From: Desulfomonilia bacterium
GTDB taxonomy: Bacteria; Desulfobacterota; Desulfomonilia; UBA1062
Direction of reading: 5' to 3'
Assembly (NCBI GenBank): GCA_963664325.2
Contig: CAXXDQ010000006.1
Span: 1 to 64,000 of the forward strand
DNA: 64,000 bases
Shown piece by piece: positions 47,925-57,216 of the stretch. Under the pieces are notes generated by a model. That model had not been told where the DNA came from. It saw only the letters and a list, made by a program, of their open reading frames with translations, and did not search any database. The position numbers and the translations under genes were made by a program. Numbering within the stretch: the stretch's first letter is position 1; every line of letters begins with the position of its first letter.

Positions 47925-47943
47925 TGAATAAAGGAGTGATATC

Positions 47944-49407
47944 ATGTCACGCAAGATAACAATTGATCCGATCACCAGGCTGGAAGGTCACGGCAAGATA
48001 GAGATCTTCCTTGATAATAAGGGAAATGTACAGGATGCTTACTGGCAGGTTGTTGAACTTCGGGGATTTGAAAGATTCTGTATAGGCAGACCTGCCGAGG
48101 AGATGACAAGGATTGTTCCTAACATATGCGGAGTATGTCCGTCGGCTCACCATATGTCAGGCACAAAAGCCCTTGATGCCCTTTTCGGGGTTGAGCCTAC
48201 GCCTGCTGCAAAACTTATCAGGGAACTGGAATTCAATGCATTTTATGTAGAAGACCATTACATCCACTTCTTTTTCCTGGCCGCGCCTGACTTTATTATG
48301 GGTCCGGATGCAGACCCTAAAGACAGGAACATCCTGGGCGTTATCGGCAAGGTCGGAAAAGAGATAGGCGGCAAGGTCATTGAAATCAGGAAACGCAACC
48401 GCGACATAATCCGCCATATCTTCAGCAAAGCCCCGCACCCGGAAGGCGGACTTCCTGGAGGCGTACCGAGGGGATTCACGGAAGCGGATCGTGCATGGAT
48501 AAAGGAAACGGCCCGCGATTCTCTTGATTTTGCACTGTATGCAATCAAGCTTTTCAAAGACCTGGTGCTTGGAAACAAGTCGAGCCTTGATCTGATTCTG
48601 AACGACGCTTATAAACTCAAGACCCATTATATGTCTGTAGTCGATGATAACAACAAGGTCGATTTCTATGACGGCAAAGTCAGAGTTGTGGACTGGAACG
48701 GAAAGGAAGTCTACAAATTCAATGGCGCCGACTATGAAAAGTATATTGGCGAATGGGTTGAACCTTGGACATATATCAGGCTTACGCATCTTAAACCCCT
48801 GGGTTGGAAAGGCCTTGTTGAAGGCGAGGGCACATCGCTTTACAGAGTTGCCCCGCTTGCAAGACTGAACGCCTCCGATGGCATGAAGACGCCTCTGGCG
48901 GACAAGGAGGCAAAGGCCATGTTTGAGACTCTGGGCGGCAAACCGGCTCATCATACACTGGCAATGCACTGGGCCAGACTCATATGTGCTCTACAGGCGG
49001 CAGAGCATAATGTAATGATTGCCGATGACCCTCTGCTTACCAGCAAGGATATCCGCAACATGAACTTCAAGCTTCAGAAAAAAGGAGTCGGTGTGGTGGA
49101 AGCCCCGAGAGGAACGCTTTATCATCATTACGAGACAGATGACAACGGCATAATCACAAAAGCCAACCTGATTGTCGCGACACAGAATAACGCAGCCCCG
49201 ATATGCCTGTCGGTCAAGAAGGCTGCACAGGAGTTCATAAAAGGACCGGATGTTAAGGAAGGATTCCTAAACAGGGTGGAAATGGCATTCAGGGCGTATG
49301 ACCCGTGCCTTTCCTGTGCAACACATTCCCTGCCCGGAACGATGTCGATGAGTGTAAACATCAGGGACGCGCAAGGCAATGTCATTAGAGAAATCAACAG
49401 GCATTAA
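47944..49407 (+). CDS. mvhA: group 3c [NiFe] hydrogenase large subunit
   Basis: IDPITRLEGH, L1 ICGVCPSAHH, EAPRG and L2 AYDPCLSCATH, plus a cleavable C-terminal extension. Confidence 0.95.
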   Translation: MSRKITIDPITRLEGHGKIEIFLDNKGNVQDAYWQVVELRGFERFCIGRPAEEMTRIVPNICGVCPSAHHMSGTKALDALFGVEPTPAAKLIRELEFNAFYVEDHYIHFFFLAAPDFIMGPDADPKDRNILGVIGKVGKEIGGKVIEIRKRNRDIIRHIFSKAPHPEGGLPGGVPRGFTEADRAWIKETARDSLDFALYAIKLFKDLVLGNKSSLDLILNDAYKLKTHYMSVVDDNNKVDFYDGKVRVVDWNGKEVYKFNGADYEKYIGEWVEPWTYIRLTHLKPLGWKGLVEGEGTSLYRVAPLARLNASDGMKTPLADKEAKAMFETLGGKPAHHTLAMHWARLICALQAAEHNVMIADDPLLTSKDIRNMNFKLQKKGVGVVEAPRGTLYHHYETDDNGIITKANLIVATQNNAAPICLSVKKAAQEFIKGPDVKEGFLNRVEMAFRAYDPCLSCATHSLPGTMSMSVNIRDAQGNVIREINRH

Positions 49408-49864
49408 TAAAAAACCCAGAACTCTCATATTAGGCATGGGCAACCCTATCCTGTCCGATGACGGGGTAGGGCTTGTTCTTGCGGAAAAGCTCAGGGGAAG
49501 GATCGAAGGCGTGGATGTGGCATCGAATCCGATGATCGATCTGAGCCTGCTCGATGATATCATCGGCTATGATGTTGTTTACATGATAGATGCAATGACG
49601 ACTCGCGGGGGAAAACCCGGTGAATTGAAAAGGATTCATGAAGAGGATTCAATCGGTACACTGCACTTGTTCTCATCACACGGTATGAATTTTTTTGAAC
49701 TTATGAAGCTGGGCAGGTCAATAGGTTATAAGATGCCGGAAATTGGCGGCATATACGGTGTCGAGATTGGCGATAAGGTTGAATTCAATGAATCGCTGTC
49801 TCCGGCTGTTGAAAATAAATTGCTTGAGATTGTCGAAACCATCTGCAGAGATATAACCGGATGA
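49379..49864 (+). CDS. hydrogenase maturation protease
   Basis: LILGMGNPILSDDGVG, IDA and SSH. Start codon is uncertain. Confidence 0.9.
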   Translation: MSLEKSTGINKKPRTLILGMGNPILSDDGVGLVLAEKLRGRIEGVDVASNPMIDLSLLDDIIGYDVVYMIDAMTTRGGKPGELKRIHEEDSIGTLHLFSSHGMNFFELMKLGRSIGYKMPEIGGIYGVEIGDKVEFNESLSPAVENKLLEIVETICRDITG

Positions 49865-49940
49865 TATCTATATCCATCGGAGACCAAGATTGTATTTGAA
49901 AAAGTTATGAATGTTTATGTAATGTAATCTTAAAGGAAAA

Positions 49941-50735
49941 TTGGATATGGATATACTGCAGAGCGTTGTCTATGGCCTTGTTCAGGGTTTGGGCGAATTC
50001 CTGCCGATATCAAGTTCGGCGCATCTTGTGCTCGTCCCCTGGCTTTTCAAATGGGATGATCCCGGTTTGACCTTTGACATAGCACTTCATCTGGGAACCC
50101 TCATATCCGTAATCGTTTATTTCTGGAAAGACTGGCTTAACCTTATAACAAAAGGGTTCAGCGATTATAAAAGCAGGGAGGGCAGACTGTTCTGGTATCT
50201 GGCGGCAGCGAGCATCCCGGGTTCAATCGGTGGTTTTCTGCTTGAAAATAAAGCCGAGACCGTATTCAGGGCACCTTTGCTGATCGCCATCATGCTGATT
50301 GTCATGGGGGCTATCCTGTTTTTGGCGGATCGCATGAGTTCAAAAAAAACCGGACTGGAAAATATCACTTTCAAAACCAGTCTTATGATTGGCATATCTC
50401 AGATTCTTGCGATCATCCCGGGTGTTTCGCGCTCGGGGATTACCATGACTTCAGGCCTGCTGCTGGGAATGACCAGGGATGGTGCCGCCAGGTTTTCCTT
50501 TCTGCTGTCAACGCCGATTATTTTCGGAGCGGCACTGGTTAAAGTTCCTGCAGTTGTAAAAAATCCTTCGATGATTGATACAGGCTTTTTAACCGGTATG
50601 CTGGTCTCCTGCATTGTCGGCTTTGCAAGCATCAGCATCCTTCTCCGTTATATTCAGACAAGGGATTTCATGCCATTTGTCTGGTACCGTTTCATCCTGG
50701 GAGCCATTGTAATTGGAGTTGTTGTATTGCGCTGA
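49941..50735 (+). CDS. uppP: undecaprenyl-diphosphate phosphatase
   Basis: VQGLGEFLPISSSAHL, PGVSRSG and ARFSFLL. Confidence 0.96.
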   Translation: MDMDILQSVVYGLVQGLGEFLPISSSAHLVLVPWLFKWDDPGLTFDIALHLGTLISVIVYFWKDWLNLITKGFSDYKSREGRLFWYLAAASIPGSIGGFLLENKAETVFRAPLLIAIMLIVMGAILFLADRMSSKKTGLENITFKTSLMIGISQILAIIPGVSRSGITMTSGLLLGMTRDGAARFSFLLSTPIIFGAALVKVPAVVKNPSMIDTGFLTGMLVSCIVGFASISILLRYIQTRDFMPFVWYRFILGAIVIGVVVLR

Positions 50736-50739
50736 TGTT

Positions 50740-51339
50740 TTATTTCCTAACCGGGAAATAACTCTCCACAACCTGTTCAACCCGTTCAAGCCAATTTTGG
50801 CGCTCTTCAGGTGTACTTGTAACTATTACCCTGAAAATCTCCCGGTGGAATACGGGCACACCGCACAAGTCGAATATGCAGTTTTCCCATATCAGCCCGA
50901 GAGGGTCACCGAATACTGTACGTTCTCTTTTGGCCGGGGTGTTGGCGGTGTTGAAAACAACTGCCGCCTTCGCTTTCAGGAGTCCGACCGGGATTCCTTC
51001 TCCGTCATCACCTTCGAGGAACCTGTAGGCGACTCCGGCTCTTAACACACGGTCAATCCATCCCTTTAGTATTGCAGGCGGCTGTCCCCACCAGTTAGGG
51101 TGTACTATGATGATACCGTCGGCATTTGCAATTTCAAGGCAATGCTGCTTGATTTCAAAAGGGATGTCGGCATTATACGGTATTTCACAGGCAGTTATGA
51201 CCGGATTGAAGTTCTGCTTATAAAGGTCGTGGTACATTACGCAATGTCCGTTTGCTTTTATTTTCTCTGCTGCGGTCCGGGCGATTGCATGGTTAAAGCT
51301 TCCCTCATCCGGATGTGCAAGGATGATGCTGATATTCAT
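50740..51339 (-). CDS. flavodoxin-fold NAD(P)H:quinone oxidoreductase
   Basis: AHP..SFN, DLY..F.P and PNWWGQPPAILKGWIDRV. Confidence 0.92.
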   Translation of the reverse strand: MNISIILAHPDEGSFNHAIARTAAEKIKANGHCVMYHDLYKQNFNPVITACEIPYNADIPFEIKQHCLEIANADGIIIVHPNWWGQPPAILKGWIDRVLRAGVAYRFLEGDDGEGIPVGLLKAKAAVVFNTANTPAKRERTVFGDPLGLIWENCIFDLCGVPVFHREIFRVIVTSTPEERQNWLERVEQVVESYFPVRK

Positions 51340-51410
51340 GTACGATATCCTCCGTGTTATTCATATAATAATCATTCACAGTATTATCAGGTTACTGAAG
51401 GGGGAGCGCA

Positions 51411-51767
51411 ATGAAAAAATCCGAGGAACATGAAGGGTTGACCATACGTGATTTTTTAACCCGTGCAGGCATTGCCTGGGCAGGTCTGCTGCTTATGCCG
51501 AACATGGGCAAAGCAATATTGGGAAACGGTAACTTGATGGCGTACAGCGGACGCATCCTCCTTAAAAACGGCCTCATACAGGTTGTCGTCCAGGGTGTTC
51601 AGTACTTGGAGGCATTCGGAAACAACCCTCTCATACTCCAGATGGCCCGTGACAAAAAGCTTGCCAGTCTTGAAGAAATCGTCTGCAAGATGACAGGCGC
51701 TGTTGCAGAACGTTATCATGTCAAGGACAGGGTATTGATCAAACAGACATTGACTCGGTATTCATAA
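51411..51767 (+). pseudogene. internally deleted N-acyl-D-amino-acid deacylase/amidohydrolase remnant
   Basis: Degenerate Tat-like leader (IRDFL) and N-terminal ILLKNGLI joined directly to C-terminal SLEEIVCKMTG.VAER..VKDR.LI. The catalytic core is absent. Confidence 0.65.
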
Positions 51768-51917
51768 ATGGAGTGCAGGTGGTCTCAAAAGGAAAAGCTG
51801 ACTGCAGTCTTAATGCAGGTGTTGTTGTATAATGAAATCATCGTTTGCTGCTTATTTTTCTGATTGAAGGTGCAAGAGATTTTTTAAAAGAATTTGATAT
51901 AAGAATTAAAGGCCGCC

Positions 51918-51945
51918 CTGTACCCTGATTTCTATCAGGGTACAG
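51918..51945 (-). terminator. terminator hairpin after the porin gene
   Basis: CTGTACCCTGAT-N4-ATCAGGGTACAG. Confidence 0.7.
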
Positions 51946-51967
51946 AGAGGTCATGGGTTTTATCTCA

Positions 51968-53200
51968 TCAGAACGCCAGGATCATAGTAACGCCGCCCAT
52001 TGCCTCATAGCCGAGTTTGTTGTAGCCAGTGCCCAGGAAGTTCTTGTCTGCGTCTCTGCCGTTGTACATATAAAGAAATTCGGGGCATACCGTCAGGTAG
52101 TCCTTTATTTTGATGTCGCAGTTGGCGAAAGCGCTCCATGTGTAGATGTGCCTCTCGTAACCTTCAGCAACTATACCCGTTGATGACCTCTGGTAACCGC
52201 CTCCGATCCTCGGGGTGAAATTCTTGATGGGCGCCTCGATCTGCAGCCATCCTCCGTATGTGATGACGTCCTTTAGTTTGTTGCCGTCCCATTGAGGTGT
52301 CCCCATGAGCGTCAGATACTGGTTGTCATCGTATTCAGCTATATATATCGGATCAAAGAAAGACGGCCTTGCGTCAATCCCTTCCAATACGGAGAGGTTC
52401 TGGCCATACCATCCTTCCGCCTGGATATTTACCGGTTTGAGATTCGCTTCGATCCCCAGGGAAAGCGCATATGTAAGGATGTCCGTGTTGTTTAAATCCG
52501 CTATGCCCTTCGGCTTGAGCTGGTACTGCTGAATGTATCCGCTCGGATTGATTGTAAGAAGATCCAATGGCTTCCATGTCAGGTTCAAGGCCAGCGCCGG
52601 CAAATAGTTTTGAACCTGAAAGGATTCTCCATTGTCAAGTTCGTTGTTTTCCACATAGCTGTCCTCGATACTGGAATCGGTCTTGACTTCCTCCAGCGCG
52701 ATGTCAAAGCCCAGGTTTTCGCTTTTATGGCTGAAGCGTACCTGTAAAGACCTTTTCCATGGATCAAGTCCGCCGTAACCGTCCAGGCAGTTGGCGTTAT
52801 AGAGGTTCTGCTTCGGGGCCATCACCGAGAAGACTATAGGTGCCTTGCCAAACAGTATCTGATTCTCGTCAGAGAAGTTGTAGGCCCCGTAGATTGCATA
52901 CAGCTCTATCTTATAGTCAGCACTGTTGTGGTACCTGATTTCAGTGTAGGCGTTCAGATTTTTATACTCCACTTTCATGTTGATGTTGCTGGGATCGTCA
53001 ATGGCTATATACTGCTGGGTCTCCTTGTCGCTGGTGTAATCGGTCGGCACATCTCCGTGGAACTGATAATCCCATCCCGCTTCGACCCACACGCTTGCCC
53101 CCAGCGTCGCCTTCGCACCGGCAACATTAAAGTCCACCCCTGCATATACGGGCCCTGCCAAAAGCAAAACAGCTGCTAAAATTATTAACCCCTTTTTCAT
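51968..53200 (-). CDS. probable outer-membrane porin (beta-barrel)
   Basis: AGGAGG RBS, signal peptide ending VYA, alternating amphipathic aromatic strands and a terminal Phe. Confidence 0.75.
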   Translation of the reverse strand: MKKGLIILAAVLLLAGPVYAGVDFNVAGAKATLGASVWVEAGWDYQFHGDVPTDYTSDKETQQYIAIDDPSNINMKVEYKNLNAYTEIRYHNSADYKIELYAIYGAYNFSDENQILFGKAPIVFSVMAPKQNLYNANCLDGYGGLDPWKRSLQVRFSHKSENLGFDIALEEVKTDSSIEDSYVENNELDNGESFQVQNYLPALALNLTWKPLDLLTINPSGYIQQYQLKPKGIADLNNTDILTYALSLGIEANLKPVNIQAEGWYGQNLSVLEGIDARPSFFDPIYIAEYDDNQYLTLMGTPQWDGNKLKDVITYGGWLQIEAPIKNFTPRIGGGYQRSSTGIVAEGYERHIYTWSAFANCDIKIKDYLTVCPEFLYMYNGRDADKNFLGTGYNKLGYEAMGGVTMILAF

Positions 53201-53355
53201 GACACTCCTCCTTGGTATTGTTGTTTGATTAAGAATATCGGCTGTTTGATATTTCAAACTTGAATAAAATTGATACAAAAGTGATTTGGACTTATTTATT
53301 TTCTAATGATCATCTTAACGGATACTGTTTTGCAGGAGTGTATACTTCTGTCCGG

Positions 53356-54897
53356 TTATCGGGCCGGGAATATGGCTTTGTTTGAAAGATGAGCTTTGGG
53401 CAGGTATTTGACCTGTTGGGCCCGGGAGCCTTTTAGTTCGGCGGGGGTAATGTGATGCTTCAGCTTTTCGATACGGCTGTTTGTCGTTATGCAATCCTTA
53501 AATTGGGGCAGCCATCTTTTCTGATAATGCAGCATGTTCAGCATCATGTCCCTGATGGCGTCATCGTTTTCAATGAAAGCGCATACCGGATCATTTATAA
53601 AGGCATCCAGAAGCTTGCCTGGGTCGCCTGATAAGGCTGCATCAACAACCCTTTGCTGGTTTTCAGCGAAAGGTCTTACAAGGTTAAGGATATTTTCAGG
53701 AAGCCGAACGTCATGGCGGGTTTTTAATTTTCCGTTTTCAAAAAAACCGGAGGTCTCAACAGCACAGTTTTCAGGGAGGTTCGGGATGATGCGTCTGCCA
53801 GTATTTGTAACATTGACGGGATGGAAGTTATGCAGACTCTTGTCGTTTGAACCGTTTTGTGAATGGAGCCTGTCTTCTATCATCTCGATTACACGTTCGC
53901 CTTCAAGGGTCGGTGCCGGGGGAGGCAGTATCCCACGGGCAACAGCTTTAAATCCCAGTATGGCAAGCTTTCTCTGCTTCTCGAGCAGTTTTACCTCTCT
54001 CAGTTTCGGGATTCCTTCATACTGTATCAAGGAAGGAATATTTCTTATAAGAGGTCTGTTGTATGTCCGCCACACCGCTTCGGCATTAAAGTAGTTAAAA
54101 TATTCAGGCATGAACTCAAGCACATGACGCGACCCCGGATATGGGAAACAACCGAATTCTTTAAGAAGGATGAAGCTTGCAGGACGCCTTGAGGTTTTGA
54201 TTCCAAGTTCCGCATGCTGCCTTATGATGGGGTAAAGGTCTTCACCGTCATGTTTGATTGAAAGGAGCCACGCGAAATGGTTTATTCCGCCATACTCTAT
54301 ATCAAGGCTTTCCCATCGGTGGATATCCCTGATTCCAAGGGTTTTCAAAAAGCTGAAAATTATAGGCATCCCGCTCAGAAGTTCATGGCAGATGCCCGTA
54401 GTTATGGCATTCGGGCATGCCTGGTTGGCTGCGAGCGTGATGAATGACATGGGGTTCGTGTAGTTGAGAACCATTGCATCCGGGCAGAGCTTCTCGATGT
54501 CTTTTACAATGGCAACGGTCTCGGGTATGGTACGCATTGCGCGCATTATGCCGCCGGGACCGCATGTGTCACCCGTGTTATGCGGGATTCCGAACTTGTT
54601 GGGTATATGAATGTCAAACCATTCGCCGGCCTGCTGGCCAACAGAAATGGATATGATTACGGTATCAGCGCCGGCCAGTGCCTTACGCCTGTCGACTGAA
54701 GAGTGAATAACAAGATTGCTGCCGATATCAGCCTTGCGTGCAATTTTGAGAAGCATCAGTGTAACGGTTTCAAGAAGCTGGGCGTCAATGTCCACAAGCC
54801 AGAGTTCAAAAGGAATTATACGGGCCATTGCAGCAAAATTCCTCAGCAGGTCATAGGTGAACCTGAAGGAACCCGCACCGATGAACACTATTTTCAT
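53356..54897 (-). CDS. GH4 NAD+-dependent glycosidase (alpha-galactosidase-like)
   Basis: KIVFIGAGS, GDTCGPGG.MRA.RTIP, NYTNPM, GICH and GINH. Confidence 0.9.
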   Translation of the reverse strand: MKIVFIGAGSFRFTYDLLRNFAAMARIIPFELWLVDIDAQLLETVTLMLLKIARKADIGSNLVIHSSVDRRKALAGADTVIISISVGQQAGEWFDIHIPNKFGIPHNTGDTCGPGGIMRAMRTIPETVAIVKDIEKLCPDAMVLNYTNPMSFITLAANQACPNAITTGICHELLSGMPIIFSFLKTLGIRDIHRWESLDIEYGGINHFAWLLSIKHDGEDLYPIIRQHAELGIKTSRRPASFILLKEFGCFPYPGSRHVLEFMPEYFNYFNAEAVWRTYNRPLIRNIPSLIQYEGIPKLREVKLLEKQRKLAILGFKAVARGILPPPAPTLEGERVIEMIEDRLHSQNGSNDKSLHNFHPVNVTNTGRRIIPNLPENCAVETSGFFENGKLKTRHDVRLPENILNLVRPFAENQQRVVDAALSGDPGKLLDAFINDPVCAFIENDDAIRDMMLNMLHYQKRWLPQFKDCITTNSRIEKLKHHITPAELKGSRAQQVKYLPKAHLSNKAIFPAR

Positions 54898-54923
54898 CAG
54901 AAGGTTAGAATCTGATGATTATT

Positions 54924-55727
54924 TCAGGCCGACGGAAGTGTCGTGAACACCCCTCTCGGATCGACTTCCGTCCTTAAAATATGCAGCACTTCAGGTGTTA
55001 TCATGTCAGTCAGGGGGATCTCACCCTCGGGTTTGAGAAGTTCGAACCCTGTTGTCTGCTGGGCGATATCAAATGGAATTCCGGGGTGAAGCGATTTCAC
55101 GCGCATGCGTTTTGATTCGGGTTCAAAGTCGTAAACGCCCCACTGGGTAACGACTGCAATCGGGCCGTTGCCGTAAAGACCGGCTTCCTTCCTTGAATTG
55201 CCGCCTGTAAGATGGCCTACCGATGTTATGAAATCGACCCTCTCGGGGAACTTTTCAGGCGTCTGAAGGCCTACGACAACCATGTTTTCCGCGAGTGATG
55301 CCAGGTCGTTGTTGCCGCCGGAACCGGTCATTCTGACAACAGGGTGAAGGAAGTCCTTGCCGATCATGTGAGTGTTCAGATTCCCGTACATATCGACCTG
55401 TGCGAATCCGAGGAACGCGATATCGATATAACCGTTTGCGCATTGGGCGAATGAATAGCTCATCTCCATCAGTGTCGGTGATTTTCTCCATGTAAACGGG
55501 CAGCCGACAGACCACGGAAGGTCTCCCATTCTCGGGTCCTGGCCGCCTGACTCATACACCATGGTGATATTCGGTGCATGCGTCTTCTTTGCAAGTATTC
55601 CGGCCACCATCGGCAATCCTGTTCCGACGTAAACCACCTTGTGGTCATGAATCTGTTTTGTAAGGATATAGGCCAGCATTTCCAGAGGGTTTGCAGGTGC
55701 ATTAAGGTCTCTCATTGCTTCCTCCAT
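54924..55727 (-). CDS. gctB: family I CoA-transferase beta subunit (glutaconate CoA-transferase-like)
   Basis: VYVGTGLP, YESG (catalytic Glu), AQVDMYGNLN, GSGGNND and SLHPG. Confidence 0.88.
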   Translation of the reverse strand: MEEAMRDLNAPANPLEMLAYILTKQIHDHKVVYVGTGLPMVAGILAKKTHAPNITMVYESGGQDPRMGDLPWSVGCPFTWRKSPTLMEMSYSFAQCANGYIDIAFLGFAQVDMYGNLNTHMIGKDFLHPVVRMTGSGGNNDLASLAENMVVVGLQTPEKFPERVDFITSVGHLTGGNSRKEAGLYGNGPIAVVTQWGVYDFEPESKRMRVKSLHPGIPFDIAQQTTGFELLKPEGEIPLTDMITPEVLHILRTEVDPRGVFTTLPSA

Positions 55728-55730
55728 TTC

Positions 55731-56822
55731 CTAATAATAAAGCCCGGTGTCATTTCCGGGTGTAAATTCGGTATATGAAAAATCGATGTCTTCGTTGTCT
55801 CCTTCGGCTGCCTTTGTCTGTTTGCGTGCCTCGGCAATCCATTTTGCCCCGCCGAGCTTGTTCACGAAGTCGAACTGATCGGAATTGCTGAAGACCCATT
55901 CATCAAGGAACACCTTGAGGTTGTCGTCGTTGACGCAGGCGAATCTCAGGAATTTCTCCCACCACTGCCTTGACCAGTAGTAATATCCGGGCATATTGCC
56001 GGGGACTGCTCCGAAAGGAAGCTCGACAACAGCGTCGACATAGAAAAACGGGATAACTGAGCCCTGTCTGTTGTATCTTATTTCAGATTCGGGGACTATT
56101 TCTTCGGCGGTTATTATCAGTTTGCGGGTTGCTGCCGCTATCGCCAGGTCATTGACCTGAGGGCCGTATATGTATGCATTGCCGTATTTGTCCGCCACAT
56201 GACAATGGATGATTGAAACATCAGGGAAAAGTGCGGGAATGAATACGGCAGGGTCGTGGTCATTCCGCATGGGGTTCTGCATCACCTGCAGATATGGATT
56301 ATACTTCAATATGTCGGATGCGAGCATCTGCTTGCTGAGCACGCCGGGCACTCCGAGCTGAGCAGCCTTGAACCCGAGTGCCACGCCGCCATGGCTCCAC
56401 TCGGATAGTATCTTTACCTTTCCTTCTTTGAGTCTCCTGTCATAATTCTTATCAATGCCCCTCATTTCGGCACCGAGATATGAGTTGTGCGAATAATCAA
56501 CGTTGCCGGTGAAAATCATATAGCTCTGGTTTGTATTCGGCGCGCCTATCATCTGGATGTTTTTTTTGCCCTGCCGCATTATCTCGAAGTATGCCTGATG
56601 GGCTGTTCTGACATAGGCAAATCCGCAGTCGGTCAGGATGTCGCCGTCACTCACATATTGTGCGACTGCATCCCTGAGGCTCATGCGCTTGTCCGTCTTG
56701 TCCCGCTTTTTTGCAAGATGCGCAACACGAGCCGATTCATAATCCACAAGCCTGTCCAGAATATCTGTACCGCCGATTTTCAGGTTTGCCAGGGCTTCCT
56801 GGTTATACTGATATTTTGCCAT
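55731..56822 (-). CDS. gctA: family I CoA-transferase alpha subunit
   Basis: MSLRDAV..VSDGD, EWSHG, PAL.PDV.IIH...ADKYGN, TAEEIV and VDAVVE.PFGA.P. Confidence 0.88.
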   Translation of the reverse strand: MAKYQYNQEALANLKIGGTDILDRLVDYESARVAHLAKKRDKTDKRMSLRDAVAQYVSDGDILTDCGFAYVRTAHQAYFEIMRQGKKNIQMIGAPNTNQSYMIFTGNVDYSHNSYLGAEMRGIDKNYDRRLKEGKVKILSEWSHGGVALGFKAAQLGVPGVLSKQMLASDILKYNPYLQVMQNPMRNDHDPAVFIPALFPDVSIIHCHVADKYGNAYIYGPQVNDLAIAAATRKLIITAEEIVPESEIRYNRQGSVIPFFYVDAVVELPFGAVPGNMPGYYYWSRQWWEKFLRFACVNDDNLKVFLDEWVFSNSDQFDFVNKLGGAKWIAEARKQTKAAEGDNEDIDFSYTEFTPGNDTGLYY

Positions 56823-57216
56823 AAGAAGATCCTCCGTGAATAAATATCTGCTAGATGATTGTAATAATCGAGCCAAAAGTTAAAATACTTTAAATAATCC
56901 CGCCGGTCAATAAAAACAATAATAAAAATAAATAGTTGTATGCTTGTAAGATGGTATTATCATATTAGTTTTAAAAGCGGGCTTTAAACCCGACCGAAAT
57001 GGATGCTGGCTGCAGAAACTAATTTGGTATTATAATAATAAAAGAATAGAAAGCATCTGATGCAGATCGGTCGATCGACTGAAACCAACGCATTCAATGA
57101 TTCAGCTGATGAATGATTGCTTAAATCATCTGGGAATTAACAGAGGTTCTCTGTGAGAATATCTGAATTTTGCACTTTCTGTACCGGGATATAAGATTCT
57201 TTCAGGGGGTGGATGT

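Noticed and set aside
46524-49407. Selenocysteine recoding in Mvh subunits
   Set aside because: All ligand positions are Cys codons (for example DPCLSC), and there is no in-frame TGA.
57040-57200. Several short hairpins in the sulfatase leader as a riboswitch
   Set aside because: The stems are weak and I recognise no aptamer consensus.
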